A stretch of DNA of 32,000 nucleotides from Pelagibacteraceae bacterium AG-422-D23. GTDB lineage: Bacteria > Pseudomonadota > Alphaproteobacteria > Pelagibacterales > Pelagibacteraceae. A model generated the notes under the pieces. It made no database searches and was not told where the DNA came from. It was given only the letters and a program-made list of their open reading frames with translations. Shown here in pieces: positions 27,439-32,000 of the stretch. The translations under genes were made by a program, and so were the position numbers. The DNA lies in assembly GCA_003213615.1 (NCBI GenBank), contig QCMQ01000001.1:305807-337806 (forward strand), written 5' to 3'. Each line of letters starts with the position of its first letter. Position 1 is the stretch's first letter.

Positions 27439-28713
27439 ATGAAAAATTTTTTAGATAAATTTTTTTCCCGATCAAAAAATCTTGATTATATTAGTCAAAA
27501 TTTAAAACAACTTACTTTAACAACACCAGCAAATAAAATTTTTGAAGCAATTAATAATTTTTCAGAGAAAAGTGAAATCAGATATGTTGGTGGATGTGTA
27601 AGAAAAGTGATAAAAAAAGAAAATGTTGATGATATTGACCTAGCAACAAATTTAACTCCCTCGGAAGTTTGTGAGGCTCTCAAAAACAAACAAATAATTT
27701 ATTACGAAACAGGAATTGAACACGGAACTATTACCGCAATAATTGACGAATATAAATATGAAATTACTTCTTTAAGGAAAGACGTCTCAACTGATGGAAG
27801 GCATGCTGAAGTAGAATTCTCTTTAGATTGGAGGGAAGATGCCTCTAGAAGGGATTTTACTATCAATTCAATTTATGCAGATGGTGATGGTAATTTATTT
27901 GATCCATTTAACGGTAAAAAAGATTTGGAGGAGGGTTATATTAATTTTATTGGTAATGTGGAAAAAAGAATTAAAGAGGATTATTTACGTATTTTAAGGT
28001 ATTTAAGATTTTATTTAAATTACTCAAATCATAAGCACCAGTCAGAAATAATAAAAAATATAAAAAAAAATATTGATGGAATTTCAAATATATCACCCGA
28101 AAGGTTAATTGATGAACTAAAAAAAATAACGAGTTCAAATGGATTTTTAAAACTATTTAAAGATAAAGAAAGTTTAGAACTAATAGAAATAATTTTCCCT
28201 CAATTAAAGAATATTAAAAATTTTAAAAAACAAAATTCTTATGCTGCAGAGAATTTTTTAAAAATTGACTTTATATTCTTAATTGCGCTTTTAGTGATTG
28301 ATGGGACCGATAATGCCGATTATTTTCTTTATAAGTTTAAAATATCTAACAAAGATAAGAAAAGACTAAAATTGATAGATCTTTTTTATCGAGAAAAAGT
28401 AACTTTAAACAATTTTACAGAGAAAAATTTGAATAATTTTTTTTATTTTAATGGGCGACAGGCTGTAATAGATATAATTAATTTTAAAATTTTTACCTCA
28501 AATAAAGTAGAGAAAAAACTAATTAAACTATTAGATACTTATAAAGACAAAGTAATTCCAACTTTGCCAATAAGGGCCGAGCTACTGATATCTAAATTTC
28601 AAATTCCTGAGGGTAAAACTTTAGGTAATAAATTAAAAAGGATAGAAGAAACTTGGGTTCAAAACGGATTTCAAATTTCAGATAAGCAAGTAAAACAAAT
28701 AGTTAAAAGTTAA
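27439..28713 (+). CDS. cca: tRNA nucleotidyltransferase (CCA-adding enzyme) / poly(A) polymerase family
   Basis: 424 aa. Class II nucleotidyltransferase head with [23 protein letters not shown], the EITSLRKD region and RRDFTINS. It has no HD domain, as in alphaproteobacterial CCA enzymes. Confidence 0.85.
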   Translation: MKNFLDKFFSRSKNLDYISQNLKQLTLTTPANKIFEAINNFSEKSEIRYVGGCVRKVIKKENVDDIDLATNLTPSEVCEALKNKQIIYYETGIEHGTITAIIDEYKYEITSLRKDVSTDGRHAEVEFSLDWREDASRRDFTINSIYADGDGNLFDPFNGKKDLEEGYINFIGNVEKRIKEDYLRILRYLRFYLNYSNHKHQSEIIKNIKKNIDGISNISPERLIDELKKITSSNGFLKLFKDKESLELIEIIFPQLKNIKNFKKQNSYAAENFLKIDFIFLIALLVIDGTDNADYFLYKFKISNKDKKRLKLIDLFYREKVTLNNFTEKNLNNFFYFNGRQAVIDIINFKIFTSNKVEKKLIKLLDTYKDKVIPTLPIRAELLISKFQIPEGKTLGNKLKRIEETWVQNGFQISDKQVKQIVKS

Positions 28714-29186
28714 ATATATTTAACGTCTTTAATTTCAAAATTTTTTACACCAGAGGGTGTATTTATTTCAACTAAATCACTTTTATTTTTTCCAATCAAA
28801 CCTTTGCCAATTGGTGATTGAAAGAAAATTAGTTTTTGTTTTAAATCTGCTTCATCTCTTCCAACAATTTTATAATTAATTTTTTCACCAGTATCTAAAT
28901 CTTCTAAATAAACTGTAGATCCAAAAATTACTTTTCCTTCATTGCTTAGTTTTGTAACGTCAATAATATTTGCTCTTGCAATAATGTCGTTAATTTCGGT
29001 TATTCTTCCTTCATTATGAGATTGTTCTTCTTTAGCTGCATGATATTCAGCATTTTCTTTAAGATCTCCATGTGATCTTGCTTCAGCTATTGCAGCTACT
29101 ATTTCAGGTCTTTTTTTTTCTTTTAAAAAAACCAATTCTTCTTTTAATTTATTTAATCCGTTTAATGTTATTGGCTCTTTATCCAT
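28710..29186 (-). CDS. greA: transcription elongation factor GreA
   Basis: Contains [14 protein letters not shown]...[30 protein letters not shown] and the C-terminal [13 protein letters not shown] prefer the ATG at 29186 (MDKEP) over the TTG at 29207 in the track. Confidence 0.92.
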   Translation of the reverse strand: MDKEPITLNGLNKLKEELVFLKEKKRPEIVAAIAEARSHGDLKENAEYHAAKEEQSHNEGRITEINDIIARANIIDVTKLSNEGKVIFGSTVYLEDLDTGEKINYKIVGRDEADLKQKLIFFQSPIGKGLIGKNKSDLVEINTPSGVKNFEIKDVKYI

Positions 29187-29190
29187 TTTT

Positions 29191-30018
29191 TTATTTCCAT
29201 TTTGCAATCGGAGGTAATGACATTAAAATTCCCTCAACATTACCACCAGTTTGTAGCCCAAATTTTGTTCCTCTATCATAGAGTAAATTAAATTCTGCGT
29301 ATCGACCTCTTTTAATATACTGAAAATCTTTTTCTTTCAAAGTCCATTTTCTTTTTATTTTTTTTTTAATTATTTCATTAAATAGCATTTGAAATGTAAC
29401 ACCAACATCTCTAATAAATTTAAAGTCATTTTCAAAATTATCATTTTTATAGTCAAAAAAGATTCCACCTATGCCTCTTGCCTCTTTCCTGTGTGGTAAA
29501 TAAAAGTATTCATCACACCACTTTTTATATTTTTTATAATAATTTTTATTATGTCTATCGCACATTGCTTTTAATATTTTATGAAAATTTTTCCTCTCTT
29601 TTTCATCTTTTATTGCTGGGGTTACATCCATTCCTCCACCAAACCAATTCTTTGTTGTACAAATAAATCTGGTATTAAAATGCATAGCAGGAATATGAGG
29701 ATTTTGCATATGCATAACTATTGATATCCCTGATGCCCAAAATCTAGGATCCTTACTTGCGCCTGGTATATTCTTTTGAAATTGCTTAGGAAATTTTCCA
29801 TAAACTTTTGAAAAATTTACTCCTACTTTTTCAAAAATTTTTCCGTTTTTAAGAATTCTATATTCACCACCACCCTCATCTTTTTTACTGTTTCTTTTCC
29901 ATGAAGTTGATTGAAAATTTACTTTGTTTTTTTCAATTTTTAAAATGTCGTCGCATATTGCATTTTGTAGTAGCTTAAACCAATTACTTGCTAAGTCTTT
30001 TTTGATTGAAATATCCAT
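29191..30018 (-). CDS. hemF: oxygen-dependent coproporphyrinogen III oxidase
   Basis: 275 aa. Contains [19 protein letters not shown] and [34 protein letters not shown]. Confidence 0.92.
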   Translation of the reverse strand: MDISIKKDLASNWFKLLQNAICDDILKIEKNKVNFQSTSWKRNSKKDEGGGEYRILKNGKIFEKVGVNFSKVYGKFPKQFQKNIPGASKDPRFWASGISIVMHMQNPHIPAMHFNTRFICTTKNWFGGGMDVTPAIKDEKERKNFHKILKAMCDRHNKNYYKKYKKWCDEYFYLPHRKEARGIGGIFFDYKNDNFENDFKFIRDVGVTFQMLFNEIIKKKIKRKWTLKEKDFQYIKRGRYAEFNLLYDRGTKFGLQTGGNVEGILMSLPPIAKWK

Positions 30019-30019
30019 T

Positions 30020-30493
30020 TTATATTAATTCTATTTGACGCAAACTTTCTGCCAAAACAATGGCAACCGACGATGCAATATTAAGAGATCTTACTTGGTT
30101 ATTCATTGGTATTTTTAAACGATTTTTAATTATTTTATGAACTTTTTCGGGTACCCCAGCACTTTCTCTTCCAAACAAAATAGTATCATCAGGCTTAAAT
30201 TTAAATTTAGTATAATTTATCGAACCCTTAGTTGTCATCAATACGATTCTCTGTTTCTTCTTAGCTTCAAAAAATTTTTCTGAACTTTGATAAAACTCTA
30301 TTTGACTATAGTCCATATAGTCCATAACCACTCTTTTAAAGCGTTTGTCTGATAATAGAAAGCCACATGGTTCAATTATTTCTAATTTAGCACCCAAGCA
30401 AGCACAGGTTCTAATGATTGCAGCAGTATTCTGAGGTATATCAGGCTCGTACAAAGCTATTTTGGGTCCTAAAATTGTTGAATTCTGTGTCAT
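30020..30493 (-). CDS. trmL: SpoU/TrmL-type tRNA (cytidine/uridine-2'-O)-methyltransferase
   Basis: 157 aa. Contains ALYEPDIPQNTAAIIRTCACLGAKLEIIEPCGF, FGRESAGVP and SLNIASSVAIVLAE (SPOUT knot motifs). Confidence 0.85.
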   Translation of the reverse strand: MTQNSTILGPKIALYEPDIPQNTAAIIRTCACLGAKLEIIEPCGFLLSDKRFKRVVMDYMDYSQIEFYQSSEKFFEAKKKQRIVLMTTKGSINYTKFKFKPDDTILFGRESAGVPEKVHKIIKNRLKIPMNNQVRSLNIASSVAIVLAESLRQIELI

Positions 30494-30585
30494 TCTTTCA
30501 GTAGTAAAATAATTATTTTATATTATATGAATTCGTATATTAACTATTTTAAATCAAAAAGAGATAATAATAAAAGCTACTAAAA

Positions 30586-31095
30586 GTGTCTGAAAAAAAA
30601 ACAAAAAGAAGAGATTTTTTATTTACAGCTACCACAGCAGTAGGAGCTGTTGGTGCCGCAGCAGTAGTGTGGCCAATGATAGATCAAATGAATCCAGACG
30701 CTTCTGTTAAAGCATTAGCTAGCACAGAAGTTGATGTAAGTGCATTAACACCAGGAAATACATTAACTGTTTTGTGGAGAGGCAAACCAGTCTTTATTAG
30801 AAGAAGAACCCAAGAAGAAATTGATGAAGCAAGAAAAGTGAAGATGGAAGATTTAATTCATCCTGAAAAAGATGAGGATAGAGCTAAAAATCCAGAGTGG
30901 CTTGTAATGCTAGGGGTTTGTACACATTTAGGATGTGTACCTTTAAATGACAAAGGCGATTACAATGGATGGTTTTGCCCATGTCATGGATCTCACTATG
31001 ATACATCTGGAAGAATAAGAAAAGGACCAGCTCCTTTAAATATGGAAGTACCTAAATACGAATTCGTTAACGCTAATACAATTAAGATTGGATAA
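30586..31095 (+). CDS. petA: ubiquinol-cytochrome c reductase Rieske iron-sulfur subunit
   Basis: 169 aa with a GTG start, the first start codon after an in-frame stop. Tat-type anchor KRRDFLF and Rieske boxes CTHLGC and CPCHGS. Confidence 0.93.
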   Translation: MSEKKTKRRDFLFTATTAVGAVGAAAVVWPMIDQMNPDASVKALASTEVDVSALTPGNTLTVLWRGKPVFIRRRTQEEIDEARKVKMEDLIHPEKDEDRAKNPEWLVMLGVCTHLGCVPLNDKGDYNGWFCPCHGSHYDTSGRIRKGPAPLNMEVPKYEFVNANTIKIG

Positions 31096-31106
31096 ACTAA
31101 ACACTA

Positions 31107-32000
31107 ATGAGTGACCACGATTACAGACCAAAATCAAAAGTAGGACAATGGTTTAATGATCGATTACCACTTTTAACTCTAGCAAATCATTTAACAGATT
31201 ATCCGACACCTAAAAATTTAAACTATTGGTGGACATTTGGGGGAATTTTAACTTTTTGCTTAATCACTCAAATTATAACCGGATTAACTCTTGCAATGCA
31301 TTACATTGCTCACGCCGATATGGCTTTTGAGAGTGTTGAGCACATCATGCGTGATGTTAACTATGGTTGGTTAATTAGATACATTCATGCAAATGGTGCA
31401 TCTATGTTTTTCTTAGCTGTCTACATTCATATTTTTAGATCATTGTTTTATGGTTCTTACAAAGCACCAAGAGAAATAATTTGGATAATTGGAATAATTA
31501 TTTATTTGCTAATGATGGCAGCTGCTTTCATGGGCTATGTATTGCCTTGGGGACAAATGAGCTTCTGGGGAGCAACTGTAATCACAAATTTATTTAGCGC
31601 TATTCCATTGGTTGGAGAGGGTATTGTTACTTGGTTGTGGGGTGGTTATTCAGTTGATAACCCAACGTTAACAAGATTTTTTACTTTGCACTATTTAATT
31701 CCATTTTTAATTTTAGGATTAGTTGTCTTACATATATGGGCTTTACATGTTCCTGGTAACAACAATCCAGTTGGAATAGACATTAAAAAACCTTCAAAGG
31801 ATACAGTTCCATTCCATCCTTATATTGTTATTAAAGATGGTTTTGCTTTATTAATGTTCATGATTGTTTTTGCTTTCTTTGTATTTTATGCACCAAATAT
31901 TTTAGGACACGCAGACAATTACATAGAGGCTAACCCAATGGTAACACCTGCACATATTGTTCCTGAATGGTATTTGCTACCTTTTTATGCAATACTAAGA
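31107..32000 (+). CDS. petB: cytochrome b (bc1 complex), 5' partial, continues beyond the window
   Basis: Not in the ORF track because it is open-ended. ATG at 31107; the frame stays open for 298 codons to the window edge. Translation includes [21 protein letters not shown]...[12 protein letters not shown]...[12 protein letters not shown]...[16 protein letters not shown]. Confidence 0.93.
   Translation, partial: MSDHDYRPKSKVGQWFNDRLPLLTLANHLTDYPTPKNLNYWWTFGGILTFCLITQIITGLTLAMHYIAHADMAFESVEHIMRDVNYGWLIRYIHANGASMFFLAVYIHIFRSLFYGSYKAPREIIWIIGIIIYLLMMAAAFMGYVLPWGQMSFWGATVITNLFSAIPLVGEGIVTWLWGGYSVDNPTLTRFFTLHYLIPFLILGLVVLHIWALHVPGNNNPVGIDIKKPSKDTVPFHPYIVIKDGFALLMFMIVFAFFVFYAPNILGHADNYIEANPMVTPAHIVPEWYLLPFYAILR

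Overview
This window is a very AT-rich, extremely gene-dense stretch of alphaproteobacterial core chromosome. Its gene order and streamlining look like the SAR11/Pelagibacterales clade; that assignment is inference, since no database search was possible. I call 36 protein genes, one tRNA and one unlisted small ORF. Left to right: (1) the aa3 cytochrome c oxidase structural and biogenesis cluster coxB-coxA-ctaB-(small ORF)-ctaG-coxC-SURF1, then thrC and a Prx5-type peroxiredoxin; (2) a 12.7-kb minus-strand head-to-tail array with no gap over 39 nt: DUF721/DciA-like, dsbA-like, smc, ATP synthase F0 operon atpI-B-E-F'-F, retinal pathway crtI-crtB-crtY-blh, ispH, thrB, rnhA; (3) a DNA-maintenance group: mutY, a flavin monooxygenase, ccrM, rnhB and a family-4-like UDG; (4) TPR protein-ispE-tRNA-Gln-cca, greA, hemF, trmL; (5) the start of the bc1 operon petA-petB, with petB running off the window. 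I found no CRISPR array, mobile element, integrase, toxin or defence genes, or long repeats, and no convincing undescribed multi-gene system. The points worth a second look are individual oddities. These are an 857-aa SMC with no recognisable hinge, a UDG lacking three of four Fe-S cysteines, three GANTC sites upstream of ccrM, a cca gene starting 3 nt after a tRNA CCA end, abutting divergent start codons, convergent genes sharing TTAA stops, and F0 genes contiguous with retinal biosynthesis genes.
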